Shown here: positions 51,255 to 62,296 of the stretch, piece after piece
Numbering within the stretch: position 1 is the first letter of the stretch
Layout of the letters: every line of letters starts with the position of its first letter
DNA from: an uncultured Acidobacteriota bacterium
GTDB lineage: Bacteria > Acidobacteriota > UBA6911
Assembly: GCA_963827655.1 (NCBI GenBank)
Contig: CAWHCF010000023.1
Coordinates: forward strand, 505,466 to 569,465
Reading direction: 5' to 3'
Length of the DNA: 64,000 nt
Translations under genes and position numbers: made by a program
The notes under the pieces: model-generated
Database searches by the model: none
What the model was told of the DNA's origin: nothing
The model's input: only the letters and a program-made list of their open reading frames with translations

Positions 51255-52316
51255 ATGGAAAGGGTCCGCGAGATTTCCCAACGATTCTATTCCGGACAGA
51301 GACTCAGCTCTCAGGATGCTCTCGATCTCTATCTTCATGCCAATCTGCTCGAGCTGTCACAAATGGCTGACTGGCTGCGAGAACGAATGCACCCGGAGCC
51401 GATCGTCACCTACATTGTCAGCCGTAACATCAATTATACGAACGTCTGCTGGGTCCGCTGCTCATTCTGCGCCTTCTATCGACCTCCCGGTTCTGAAGAA
51501 GGATATGTTCTCCCCAAAGAGACCATCTTCAGAAAAATCGAAGAGATGGTGGATGCGGGAGGCATCGAGATCCTTATCCAGGGAGGATTGAATCCGAAGC
51601 TCAAGATCGAGTACTACGAAGACCTGTTTCGCTCGATAAAGCAGAACTTCAAGATTCATATTCACGGCCTGTCCGTCGCCGAGATTATGTACATTGCGCA
51701 CCTATCCCGGATACCCGTCAAAGAGACGATCGTGCGATTGCGCGCGTCCGGTCTGGATACCATCCCAGGGGCCGGCGGAGAGATTCTGGTCGACGAGGTG
51801 CGAAAACAGATTGCTCCATTGAAAGACACTACGGCCGAGTGGCTCGGAGTAATGCGCGACGCCCACGATCTCGGCATGCGAACCACCGCCACCATGATGT
51901 ACGGGTCGGTGGATCGGGTCGAGCACCGCATCGAGCATTTGATGCGAGTCAGAGAATTACAGGACGAGACCGGCGGGTTCACCGCATTCATACCCTGGAA
52001 CTACCAGCCCGGGGCGACAGAACTCGGCGGCGCGAAAACGACCGGATTCGAATACCTCAAGACGCTGGCGCTTTCACGCATCCTCCTGGACAATGTGAGA
52101 AACATTCAGGCCTCCTGGGTAACTCAAGGAGCCCAGATCGCCCAGCTCGCCCTGCGTTACGGCGCCAATGATTTCGGCAGTACGATGTTTGAGGAAAACG
52201 TGGTGAAAGCCGCCGGCGCAACCTTTTGCATGAACGAGGAAGAGCTGAAGCGCCAGATTCGCAACGCCGGTTACGACCCCCGCCGCCGCAACACTTACTA
52301 CCAGTACGTGAACTAA
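51255..52316 (+). CDS. mqnC: Cyclic dehypoxanthinyl futalosine synthase
   Basis: RNINYTNVCWVRCSFCAFY, IQGG, PGAGGEIL, FTAFIPW, QASWVTQG, GANDFGSTMFEENVV. Confidence 0.93.
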   Translation: MERVREISQRFYSGQRLSSQDALDLYLHANLLELSQMADWLRERMHPEPIVTYIVSRNINYTNVCWVRCSFCAFYRPPGSEEGYVLPKETIFRKIEEMVDAGGIEILIQGGLNPKLKIEYYEDLFRSIKQNFKIHIHGLSVAEIMYIAHLSRIPVKETIVRLRASGLDTIPGAGGEILVDEVRKQIAPLKDTTAEWLGVMRDAHDLGMRTTATMMYGSVDRVEHRIEHLMRVRELQDETGGFTAFIPWNYQPGATELGGAKTTGFEYLKTLALSRILLDNVRNIQASWVTQGAQIAQLALRYGANDFGSTMFEENVVKAAGATFCMNEEELKRQIRNAGYDPRRRNTYYQYVN

Positions 52317-52399
52317 AACAATTCCTTGGTGTCTTGGCGCCCTGGCGCTAGCTTCGTTCGCGCCGATCTGTTTGACTTGCCGAAGGCATTCGGAGGAAT

Positions 52400-52848
52400 G
52401 GCAGAAGTTCACCGGAGGAGACTGACGCAAGTAGTCGCCTGGAGTCATTATCGCGAAGGGAAGGCCAGCGCCGCGGACTTGTCGCGTGAAGAAATGTTTT
52501 CGGTCGAGGGTCAGAAGTACGTCGACTCGTCCTTTAAGAGCAGCGGCGAGGACATGAGCGTCCTTTGCGTTGATAATCCTGGCCTGGGCTTCACATTCGC
52601 CCGGCGTGGTGGGACTTACAAGCTCAAGATCCAAGGTTAGCAACCTGCTGGTAGTAGCGTAGTAGGGCGTCGCCGCCGAGCTTTTCCCGGATGTTCCGCT
52701 CCGCCTCCAGGAGGACGATTCGACTGCCCACAGCCTGGGCCTGATTTTCCCGGCATATAGCCAGGATCAGGGATGACCCGCCCTGTTCGGAACCTGCCGC
52801 CGCGATCAGCACGCTGGCATCGAGGAAGAGACGCGGCTTTCCGGTCAC
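52400..52848 (-). CDS. PIN-domain toxin; apparent frameshift near 52634, 3' end uncertain
   Basis: LFLDASVLIAA...EAERNI then KDAHVLAAAL...LLTLDRKHF...MTPGDYL. Confidence 0.78.
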
Positions 52849-53129
52849 CCGCGTTTCTTCCGACGGAGCAGCCGCCTCACCCTCGAAGCCGTTTCGGCAT
52901 CGATCCGGTCTTCCCTAAGGAAGCGCTCGATTTCATCCTGCTGGTAATTTCGTAGAGCCTCCTGTTGGGGTACTGGCCGAAGCGGAACGATTTCGATTCG
53001 ACCTCCCTTCAGTGTCAGGCTCAAGAAAGTACGGTCATCGATATTCAGGCGGCGTCTGAACTCGATCGGAAGGGTTATCTGTCCCTTGGGAAGCGCCTTG
53101 ACAATCTTACCCAACGGCTTCTCGCGCAT
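52845..53129 (-). CDS. AbrB/MazE-family antitoxin
   Basis: KGQITLPIEFRRRLNI...GRIEIVPL; overlaps the PIN start. Confidence 0.85.
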   Translation of the reverse strand: MREKPLGKIVKALPKGQITLPIEFRRRLNIDDRTFLSLTLKGGRIEIVPLRPVPQQEALRNYQQDEIERFLREDRIDAETASRVRRLLRRKKRG

Positions 53130-53145
53130 GGACCAATTCCCCCTG

Positions 53146-53203
53146 ATTCCAGATTATGGAATTTCTGAATTTCAAGAATACCCATACGTGGCGCACGTGT
53201 CAA
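53146..53203 (-). promoter_or_regulatory. sigma70 promoter and palindromic operator of the AbrB-PIN pair
   Basis: Minus strand TTGACA (53203-53198)-17 nt-TATTCT (53180-53175); ATTCCA-gatta-TGGAAT palindrome downstream. Confidence 0.6.
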
Positions 53204-53340
53204 ACCGTCAATTGCCGTCCAACACACAACCGGAGCGCCGAATTTCTTCGGTGATGGCCGCTGGAGGTATAATTTCACCGTACTATTCACGTCGACGTTG
53301 GCGACGGCCATAACATCGACACGATAGGAGAGAACAAAGT

Positions 53341-54348
53341 ATGAAGCGGCGTGAATTCATGGGAAGGATCTGGGTCGCGGGAGCATTCGCCGGGGTTGGA
53401 ACTGGAGTTTCAGCCCATCCTGGAATGAAACCATCGCCACAGCAAACTAGCGGGTCCGGAGGCGTCTTCATTGAGCGGGCGGTTGCGGGTAAGCCCCATG
53501 CCGGCAAGGTCCTGGCCGCCGTCCAGCCCCACGCTGACGACATCCCGTTATTCGCAGGCGGAACCGTGGCGAAGCTGATCAATGAAGGTTATACCGGGTA
53601 TCTCATTCGAACCACAAATGATGAAAAGGCCGGACCGGGAACCACCGGTGAAACCGTCCTGAGCAACGAACACGACAATGAATCTGTGGCAAAGACGCTC
53701 GGGCTCGCGAAAACTTTCAATCTCAATTATCGCAACCACCGGATGGACGACCTGTCACGTCAGGAAATGCGAGCCCGTTTGATTTTTCTGATTCGGCTGC
53801 TCAGGATAGACACAATTATCTCTTACGACCCTTGGGGCCACTATGAAGAGAATCCCGACCACTACGTCACCGCACAGGTCCTCGAGTCGGCTTGCTGGAT
53901 GGCTGGAATGAACAAGGATTATCCCGAACACCTCGAAGCTGGATTGAAACCACATGCGGTACGAGAGAAGTATTATTTCGCCCGGGGTCCGCAATTGATT
54001 AACCGGGTGGTCGACATAAGTACGACCATCGATCAAAAGGTGGATGCCAATGTCGCCAACAAGACGCAGGGGCCGGGGGGTGAAAACGGGGCTCGTTTGA
54101 AAGCTCGGCTGAGCGCCCAGAATCTCAAGCTACCCATTCTGGGAGATACCGACGACATCGCTAATCGCCAATATATCAAGCACTTTGTCCTGGATTTGGA
54201 TTCGCCGAGGCTGAGGGGAGTTCGCTCGGATCGAGAATTGGGGCGTGAGCATGGCGTGGAATACGCCGAGGCCTTTCACTATGTCGCTCCCTACCCGATT
54301 GACTTCAACATGGAAGAGTATGTCCGCAAAAACGCGACGCCCTTATGA
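53341..54348 (+). CDS. Tat-exported PIG-L family deacetylase
   Basis: MKRREF Tat signal; QPHADD, NPDH. Confidence 0.85.
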   Translation: MKRREFMGRIWVAGAFAGVGTGVSAHPGMKPSPQQTSGSGGVFIERAVAGKPHAGKVLAAVQPHADDIPLFAGGTVAKLINEGYTGYLIRTTNDEKAGPGTTGETVLSNEHDNESVAKTLGLAKTFNLNYRNHRMDDLSRQEMRARLIFLIRLLRIDTIISYDPWGHYEENPDHYVTAQVLESACWMAGMNKDYPEHLEAGLKPHAVREKYYFARGPQLINRVVDISTTIDQKVDANVANKTQGPGGENGARLKARLSAQNLKLPILGDTDDIANRQYIKHFVLDLDSPRLRGVRSDRELGREHGVEYAEAFHYVAPYPIDFNMEEYVRKNATPL

Positions 54349-54747
54349 AGCGCAAATTCCCCCAGGGCGCCCCGGTTGTCGGCGAGCGCGCCTCATGTCG
54401 CCAAACGAGCAGCAATTCAGCGGCTGGCCGCTCGGACCCTTACAATGTCCCAGCCTGGACAAGAATCCTGCCCGGAATGGTAAGTTTTCTTTCTCACCTG
54501 TCGATTTTCCCCCTGCTCATTCGTCGATAGGTCGAACCGCAGGTCCCGGGAAATTACCGGCTCACGGGTTCGTCCCGGGACTAGATCGGCGGGGAGACGC
54601 TGGGCAAACCACACTCTCGAAATGCCCTTGTTTCGTCCAAAACACGAGAGCAGAATGCTTCAGCCAACCGAGGAGCAATTTTAGCGGCTGACCTCCCGAT
54701 CCTCCCAGCTGCCCGAACAAGAATCCTGATGATCAAAGGAGAAAGAA

Positions 54748-55248
54748 ATGACAAAAGCAGTGAAGCCTATCCCTGAAGGAATGCACACGGTTACACCCTA
54801 CCTCACCTTGCGCGGCGCCGAGCGTGCCTTGGATTTTTACAAGAGAGCATTCGGGGCCGAGGAACTGGTACGTATGCCCAGTCCCGACGGCAAAATCATG
54901 CACGCCGAGATCCGAATCGGCGATTCCGTGGTTTTCCTGTCCGAAGAGTCTCCGAATATGGGAAACGTCGCTCCGAAGCCGGGAACCCCAACGTCCGTTT
55001 CCCTCCACCTGTATGTCGAGGACGTCGATGCCGCGTACAAACGCGCCGTCGCGGCGGGCGCCAAGGGCGAGGTGCCCCCGGAAGACATGTTCTGGGGAGA
55101 CCGCTTTAGCAAGGTCTCGGACCCGTTCGGGCACGCCTGGAGCATCGCCACCGTGAAGGAGCAACTCACTCCCCAAGAGATGGGCAAGAGAGCTGAGGCC
55201 TTTTTTGCCGAGATGGCCAAGCAGGCCGGATCGCAAGCAAAGGCGTAG
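54748..55248 (+). CDS. VOC/PhnB family protein
   Basis: VTPYL, FYKRAFGA, HAEIRIGDS, DMFWGDR, DPFGHAW. Confidence 0.92.
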   Translation: MTKAVKPIPEGMHTVTPYLTLRGAERALDFYKRAFGAEELVRMPSPDGKIMHAEIRIGDSVVFLSEESPNMGNVAPKPGTPTSVSLHLYVEDVDAAYKRAVAAGAKGEVPPEDMFWGDRFSKVSDPFGHAWSIATVKEQLTPQEMGKRAEAFFAEMAKQAGSQAKA

Positions 55249-55266
55249 TCAAGAGGTTGCCGGTGT

Positions 55267-55308
55267 CCTCGCGTCTTTGCGGTAGACCCACACCGCGAAG
55301 ACGCGAGG
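55267..55308. terminator. Hairpin built from two inverted octamer repeats between convergent genes
   Basis: CCTCGCGTCTTTGCGGT-agacccac-ACCGCGAAGACGCGAGG; no clear U-tract. Confidence 0.55.
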
Positions 55309-55311
55309 AAC

Positions 55312-56328
55312 TCACATCTTCAGGACCACACGCCCCAGGATTGTCCCACGCCTCATCGCATCAAAGACCTGATTGATCTGGTCCAGCCGGCGCGTCTCAA
55401 CCCGGCAGCGAATCTTTCCGGCTCCAGCCAGCTCCAGCGTTTCGCGTAGATCTTCGCGGGTACCAACCGAGGACGACAGTATTCGGGTTTCGGCGCCGAC
55501 CATGGCGATGACCGGGATCGAGAGCGGCTCGGCGGGGACGCCTACGACGACCAGAGTCCCCCCTCGGCGGAGCGACCCAAGCGCTAACTCGTATGCGGTC
55601 TTGGCCGCCGAGGTCACCAGGGCGAAATGAGCGCCGCCCATGGCGCGCAGCTCCTTGCGGACCTCGGTGGTCGAGGCATCGAAGATCCTTTCAGCCCCCA
55701 GCGACGAGGCCAGCTCGAGTTTTTCCTGGGCAATATCAATCGCGATGACGCGCGCACCGCGCTGGGCCGCAATCTGCACCGCAAGGTGTCCCAGGCCACC
55801 GATCCCGAACACCGCCACCCGTTGACCGGGACGGATGCCTGCGTTCTTGATTGCCCGGTAGACGGTGACGCCGGCGCAAAACAGCGGCGCAGCCTCGATC
55901 GAGTCGAGCGACTCGGGCACTTGAACCACGTGGCTCGCTTTCGCCGTGAGAAATTCGGCATAACCTCCATCCACGGTGGCGCCGGTAATCATCTGCGCCA
56001 GGCAGAGATTCTCGCGTCCTTCCTTGCAGAGTTCACATTCCCCGCACGTCCAGTGAATCCAGGGAACGCCGACTCGCACCCCCGGTCCGGGTTGAGCGAC
56101 GGCAGAGCCTCGATCAACCACGCGACCGACAACTTCGTGTCCCAGGATCAGCGGCTTCTTGATGATTCTGGCAAGCTGCGGCCAGTCCCCGTCGGCGAGA
56201 TGCAGGTCCGAGTGGCAGACGCCGCAGGCCTCAACCTTGATTAACACTTCGTCCGGAGCAGGAACCGGCGCAGCGATTTCTTCGACCCGGAGCGCTTCTT
56301 TGAATTCACGCAGGACCGCGGCCTTCAT
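55312..56328 (-). CDS. Zinc-dependent alcohol dehydrogenase (AdhP-like)
   Basis: CGVCHSD, GHE, CGECELC...C, GIGGLG. Confidence 0.93.
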   Translation of the reverse strand: MKAAVLREFKEALRVEEIAAPVPAPDEVLIKVEACGVCHSDLHLADGDWPQLARIIKKPLILGHEVVGRVVDRGSAVAQPGPGVRVGVPWIHWTCGECELCKEGRENLCLAQMITGATVDGGYAEFLTAKASHVVQVPESLDSIEAAPLFCAGVTVYRAIKNAGIRPGQRVAVFGIGGLGHLAVQIAAQRGARVIAIDIAQEKLELASSLGAERIFDASTTEVRKELRAMGGAHFALVTSAAKTAYELALGSLRRGGTLVVVGVPAEPLSIPVIAMVGAETRILSSSVGTREDLRETLELAGAGKIRCRVETRRLDQINQVFDAMRRGTILGRVVLKM

Positions 56329-56717
56329 CTATGTTTTCTCATTCGCGCTAGTTCTTCCAGAACGCCGGAGCCTTTGCTTCTTTGGGGTTTTGCCTTCCCA
56401 CCTTGATCTCGCCGCCGCGAAGCCGGAAATTGAAAGCCGCACTTGTCCATGTCGACCCGGTCGCCGCGAAAGTGAACGCCCTCGAGGCGCAGAAGCGCGC
56501 GTTGGTGAAGCCCCGCCTCGCCGCGAAGCAGAATCCGCCCTCCACTTCCCAGCACGCGATGCCAGGGCAGGTTTTGAAAGTCGTTTACACACAAAGCCCG
56601 GGCAACCTGACGGGCTCTGCGAGGGTAGCCTGCGCCGCGCGCCACTTCCCCGTAGGTGGCGACCTTGCCCCGCGGAATGCGCCGAACGGCGCGCTGAACG
56701 TCTGCGAAATAAGGCAT
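56325..56717 (-). CDS. Alkyltransferase-like protein (MGMT family, non-catalytic PWHRV type)
   Basis: IPRGKVATYGEVA...ARQV...PWHRV...LRLEGV. Confidence 0.9.
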   Translation of the reverse strand: MPYFADVQRAVRRIPRGKVATYGEVARGAGYPRRARQVARALCVNDFQNLPWHRVLGSGGRILLRGEAGLHQRALLRLEGVHFRGDRVDMDKCGFQFPASRRRDQGGKAKPQRSKGSGVLEELARMRKHR

Positions 56718-56848
56718 GACTTCTTAAACCACAATTGGGAGGACGGGCTGTTCAAACCCGTCGCAGGCAGTGCGTAGGCCCGGCCGTGATGGCGGATGGC
56801 GAAGGAAGCTTCGCCAGTCTCTGTTCAACTGTTACATCGATCCCCGGC

Positions 56849-57499
56849 TCACAGTTTTACTGCCACCCAGAGGCCGTCGCCGATAGGAACGATGATGCTC
56901 TGCAGCGCCTTGATCTGAGCCATGGACTCGTTGAAAGCACGCAAAATGGAGACTTCCGGGTCAGCGGGATTTTCATCCAGAAGTTGGCCGAATGCGAAAG
57001 CATTGTCAACCATGATCAGTCCGCCGCGCCGCACTATGCGCAGGCTTTCCTGAACATAGAGCGCGTAGCCGGCCTTATCGGCGTCTATGAATGCTGCGTC
57101 AGCCGAATCGGCTGTCAGGGTCGGAAGTATGTCCATCCCGGCTCCGCGATGCACAATGACGCGCCCCGCCACGTCGGACTTCTCCACCCAGAGCTGCGCG
57201 AAATCCGCATGGCGTTGGTTAATTTCAATAGTGCGGACCCGGCCTCCGTCTGCGAGAGCCCGAGCCATGACGATCGCCGAGTATCCGGCGAGGGTGCCGA
57301 CTTCGACTACATCCCGAGCACCAACCAGCTTCAAGAGAATCTGCACGAAGCTCCCCTGCTCCGGGGAAATCCAGATGGGCGGGATTCCTGCGGCCTTCGC
57401 CTCGCGCTTGAGATCACGCAGAAAGTCATCTTCCTGGACCGTGTGAGCCGCGACATACTGAAAGAGATTCGCCGAAACCAGTGTGGGGAGTTCAGACAT
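56849..57499 (-). CDS. O-methyltransferase (CCoAOMT-like)
   Basis: ISPEQG, EVGTLAGYS, FIDADK, VDN, IGDGL. Confidence 0.9.
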   Translation of the reverse strand: MSELPTLVSANLFQYVAAHTVQEDDFLRDLKREAKAAGIPPIWISPEQGSFVQILLKLVGARDVVEVGTLAGYSAIVMARALADGGRVRTIEINQRHADFAQLWVEKSDVAGRVIVHRGAGMDILPTLTADSADAAFIDADKAGYALYVQESLRIVRRGGLIMVDNAFAFGQLLDENPADPEVSILRAFNESMAQIKALQSIIVPIGDGLWVAVKL

Positions 57500-57598
57500 G
57501 GACGATTGACCTGAGCCTCGCGCAAAAACAAATACCACGAGGACACAAAGACACGAAGAGACACCAAGAATCTTGGACTCCAAGTCTCCTTAGGCGAA

Positions 57599-60500
57599 TC
57601 AGTAGTAAAATTTGACGCCGAGCTGCAGCTCGCGAGGGCCGCGCCCGCTGGCGTAGCCGCTGATGATGCCGAAGCTGCTGGACCCGAAACTCGTGTTGGG
57701 CGTGCCAAAGGTCGGCGTGTTGGTAAGGTTGAACGCCTCCACTCGCAGTTCCACTCTCTTGCTTTCGGTCACCGCAACGTTCTTCATCACCGTGACGTCG
57801 CCATTCCGGATGCCGAACCAGCGGTAGTTCGGAAGTGTTCGCGGACCGGTCCCGTAGGTGTCCGGAGCAGGTCGCGAGAACGCATTCACATTGAAGTACT
57901 GATCCAGCCGCGTTGAGGGCGCGCCGAAAGTTCGCGGATCGCCGATCAGGTTGGGACGCTGCGCACCCTCCCACAATGTGCCGGAGTCAAGGCCGACACT
58001 GAGCGGATATCCCGAACTGAAGGTAAGGATCGAGCTGAACTCCCACCCGCCGACCAGGGCGTCGGCGAGCCTGTTCATGCTGCTGCCTATCGCCCGCCCC
58101 CTTCCGAAGGGCAACTGGTAATTGAAGCTGACGACGGCCCGCTGCGGAATGTCGAACACCGAGAGCGAGCGCTCCAGCCGGAGGTTCTTCCAGTTCTGTA
58201 CGCCGGTGCCGCCCCCGAGCCAGTCGACATCGCTGCTGGACACGTCGGAATCGCTGATCAGCTTGGAAATGGTGTAGTGACCGAGAACGGCCAGCCCGCG
58301 AGAGAATCTCTTCTCGTACTTGAACTGGGCCGAGTGGTAGATCGAGTTCGCGATATTGGGCGGCGCGAGATAGCCGCCCATCCCTCCCGCGTGATGCGGG
58401 TAAGGGCGCAGCAATCGATTGTACGGCACGGTGGGCAGGCTCAATATGGAGCGTGGATCCGTGATCACGCCAAAGAACGGATTCGGCACCTGCCGATTGA
58501 GCTCGGTCCGGCCCAGCGGGTAGTAGTTGGGGTCCAGCTTGTTTCGATTCCCCAGGACGTCGCCCGAGCCAAAGTAAAGATGCGTCCCCTTGCTGCCGGC
58601 GTAGTTGACTTCGACCACACCGCTGCCCGGCACCTCCCGCTGGAGCGAAAGGTTCCACTGCTGATACTGGGGGTTTTGGCTCTTCGGGTCGTAGGCGCTG
58701 AAACCGAGCCCGAGATAAGCCAGCGGGTCCCGTCCCGGTGGCAGCGTCAATCCGTCGGGGTAGGGGTTTTCCATCGTGGCGTACCGCGTGTAGCCTGCGT
58801 CGCGGCTCCACTGTATGCCGGAACCGGCACGGAACGCCGAGCCCACCTCACCCTTGATCGTGTGCCGGCCCAGCGAGTAGAAAATGCCGTAACCCGCTCG
58901 AATCGACGTCTTTTCGCCGAGGGCATAAGCGAACCCGAAGCGCGGCTGAATATTGTTGTAGTCTCCGTCGAACGGGCTGCGTTTCTGGTCATCCACGAAC
59001 CGCATGACGCCCTTCAAGTCAGGAAACTCCGCCACCTTCCCCCTGATCGGAGAAGACACCTCGAAGTCATACCAGTTCAGCCGATCGAAGCGCTCGGTGC
59101 GCGGAACGTCGAAATCGTAGCGCAGACCGAAGTTCAGGGTCAGTCTGCGTGTGACTTTCCAGTCATCCTGCGCGTAGAAGGCCCAGTACCTGGAAGCCGT
59201 GGCCGTCGCCTGATCGAGGTCGTAGGTGCCCCCGCTCCCCCAGCCGAGCAGCATCGAGGCTATGGCGTCACCCTGGACGGAACTGGCGACTAACGGGTTC
59301 TCACCGGTCTGAGCGCGGGCGAAGTTGAAACTGCCCGCCGGGTAACCGGGCTGGAAATAATTCTCCCGGAAGAAACGCGCTTCGATGCCGGTCTTGACCG
59401 AATGAGCCGCTGATGATCCTGGTCATGCTGCCGTTAAGAGCGATCACGTCCTCTCCCCGGTATATGATCGCGAAACCTCCCGCGCCGAGTGATGAATACC
59501 CGGCGGGCGCGATGTTCGGGAAGTGCTTGATGCCGCGAGGCGCTGTAGACCGCCGGCAAACCCAGCGACGTCGGGTCGAAGCCCGTGCTCACCGGATCGC
59601 GATCCGACTTGACCCGAAGCACGCCCAGCCGCGCCGCTGAGAATCGTCGTCGGGCTCTGTGTGTAGGTGTGGTCGTAAACGAAGTTTTGAATCCGGCTCG
59701 TGCCGGGGATGCTCCCGTCGGCGATGTTGCCCGTGAGGTTGGCCGGGAGGTTGCTTCCCCAACTCAGGCTGTAGCGAACCATGAGGCGCTGCTTCGCACG
59801 AAAGATTGTGATCAATCTTGGCGTCCAGCTTGTCACCCACGTTATCGTTGACGCCCTGATTGAAGTAATTGTTGACGCGGGTGAACGGGGCGCCCTCCGA
59901 AGTCGCCGGCGTATAGTACGACAGCAGCTGGCGCGCGATCGGACTCTGCATCGAGAGCGGAATCACGTTGCCGGCAAAGGGACGCCGCAAGATCCGGCCG
60001 TCGGAAGCGGTATAGGTATCGAAAGGATTGTAGATCACGGCTAGCTGGCCGTTGGAAAGACGCGTGTCCGAGAAGTCCCCTTGCAACTGCCGTTCCGTGG
60101 GCACGGTCCGGGTGGTGGTCGTGGCGCTCTCCTGCCGGCTGCCTTCGTAGTCGAAGAAGAAGAACGTGCGGCTCTTCCCGTTGTAGAGTTTGGGGATCAA
60201 GAACGGTCCGCCTACGGTACCGCCAAAGACATTGCGCTTGAAGTCAGGAATGCTTCGTCCTTGCCGGTTTGAAAAGAAGCTGTTGGCATTGAGAGCCGCA
60301 TTGCGATGGAATTCGTAAAGGACTCCGTGAAGCTCGTTGGTGCCGCTCTTCGATACCATGTTGATAACGGCGCCGCCGGTGTTGCCAAACTCGGCGCTGA
60401 AAAAGTTCGTCTGGATCTTGAATTCCTCGATGACATCGACCGAGGGCGAGTATTTCACGTCGGTGACACCGCCATTCTGCTCGACTCCGGTGATGACTGT

Positions 60501-61067
60501 GCCATCGAGCATGGCATCCGCCGTCGAGTTCCGGGTCCCGTTGGCGACGAAGTTGACGTTCGCCACTCCGCCGACGCTGATGTTAGAGGGAACCAGGCCC
60601 GGAGCAAGCATTACCAGTGCCATCGGGTTTCGTCCTGCCAGCGGCATGGAAAGAATGAATTTGTTTTCCACCACTTGCCCGAGCGTCGCGATGGTCGTGT
60701 TAAGCATCGGCGCCGACGCCTGAACCTGGACCGTTTCGGTCACTTCTCCCAGCGATAGCTGCGCATTGATGGTCGCCTGCTGTTGTACTTCCAGCCTGAA
60801 CGCAGGCTGCGTGTGCTTGCGGAAGCCGGCCGCCTCGACGGCCAGCACGTACGTACCAGGCGGGAGGGCCGCGAGCACGTATCGCCCTTCTGAATCAGCC
60901 ATGGTCGTATAGGCCTGATTACGATTGACGTCAGTCAGTGTGACCTGGGCAGCCGGTACCGCCGCCTGTGTCTGGTCGGTCACGATTCCACGCACCGACG
61001 CGGTGTAGGACTGCGCCCATACCAGAACAGGAAAGCCAAAGAGCAGTAACAGAACTCTTCGTAGCAT
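57599..61067 (-). CDS. TonB-dependent receptor-like protein (Oar-like); apparent frameshifts near 59800, 59630 and 59520
   Basis: MPLAGRN, IEEFKIQT, SKSGTN, AQDDWKVTRRLTLNFGLRYD, PRELQLGVKFYY. Confidence 0.85.
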
Positions 61068-61219
61068 ACGCTACCTCCCTTCTCTAATTGCGGCCTGCGG
61101 CCGCAAGTTGTCTTCGTGCTTCTTTGTGTCTTCGCATCTTAGTGGTTGTGCTGCGGAACATAAACCAACCGCCAAAATGCAAAGGCGCGCCAAAAACGCC
61201 CGAGCTTCCGGTTGGGGGA

Positions 61220-62296
61220 CTAATCCGGGCCGGTTGACTGCTTGTTTAAAGGCGATTCTACTTCCTTGATGAGACCGCTCATGAATTCGGCCGCCAACTG
61301 GGCATTCTTCTCTGCGAATTCGATGCCGACGGTCTTGCCGTTTACCATCGGCAGCGCATGGCACAGTTCGTACCCGATATAGCCTTTGTAGCCGATCTCC
61401 TTCATGGCTCTAATAAAGGGAGCATAAAAATCGGCGCCTCTCTTGTAAGTTGGTGAGCATATTATCTTGCCATCGGGTCCGCGCTCATACTCGCCGCCGA
61501 AGTGAGACAACGCCTGTAACGAACCGACATCCAGTGCCGCCTTGCGAATGTATTCCGGGGTCTTGACCGGCATGATGGGCGCGTCGAGCGAGACTTTCAG
61601 ATGCGGCGAATTCACCTCGCGCACCATCCGCAACACGTCGTGATGAGTCTTGATGACCGGCTTATGGTTTTGCAGCGCCAGGGTGACGCCGGCTTCGCCC
61701 GCATACCGCGCGCATTCCGTCAATCCTTCGCGGCACCAGTCCCAGATCTGTTGATCCGGGAAGCCCCGGCGGAAAGCCTCCCACCGAGGAGCCGCCAGAC
61801 CATAGGTGGCGACTCCGTTTTCCTCGGTGATTCCCGGCCAGGCCAGGAAAACCCGCGAGGTCTTCGCCCCCAGGTCCGACGCCATGCGAATCAGCTCACG
61901 GGCGTAAAGAATCTGGCATTCCCGATGCTCGGGAACGGGGCTGCTGAAGTCATTATTCGCCGCCACGCCATAGATCTCGATTCCTTCTCCATCCGCCATG
62001 GAGCGCAGCTCGCGGCAGCGGCTCTTCGGCATGTCGAGCGGATTGCCATGCGGCCGTTTGCCGTCAATCTCAATGCCGGCGTAGCCGTACTTCTTCGCCC
62101 GCTTGATCATCTCCTCGAGCGTGAGCGCTTCACCGCGATACCAGATTCCCAGGAAGGTAATGCTATACAAGCCGAGCTTCATGTCCGATCCCATTGGGTC
62201 CAACTTCGCCTGATAAGATGCCGCGGTTATTGACTGCGCCATTCCAGCCGTTGCGCCCAAAGTCACACCCACGAATTCTCTGCGATCCATGCGCAT
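61220..62296 (-). CDS. Tat-signal sugar phosphate isomerase/epimerase (xylose isomerase-like TIM barrel)
   Basis: DRREF; GYAGIEI, LALQNH, GYKGYIGYE. Confidence 0.85.
   Translation of the reverse strand: MRMDRREFVGVTLGATAGMAQSITAASYQAKLDPMGSDMKLGLYSITFLGIWYRGEALTLEEMIKRAKKYGYAGIEIDGKRPHGNPLDMPKSRCRELRSMADGEGIEIYGVAANNDFSSPVPEHRECQILYARELIRMASDLGAKTSRVFLAWPGITEENGVATYGLAAPRWEAFRRGFPDQQIWDWCREGLTECARYAGEAGVTLALQNHKPVIKTHHDVLRMVREVNSPHLKVSLDAPIMPVKTPEYIRKAALDVGSLQALSHFGGEYERGPDGKIICSPTYKRGADFYAPFIRAMKEIGYKGYIGYELCHALPMVNGKTVGIEFAEKNAQLAAEFMSGLIKEVESPLNKQSTGPD

Noticed and set aside
54349-54747. 400-nt gap as an ncRNA or small gene
   Set aside because: No recognisable motif, credible ORF or clear structure by eye.
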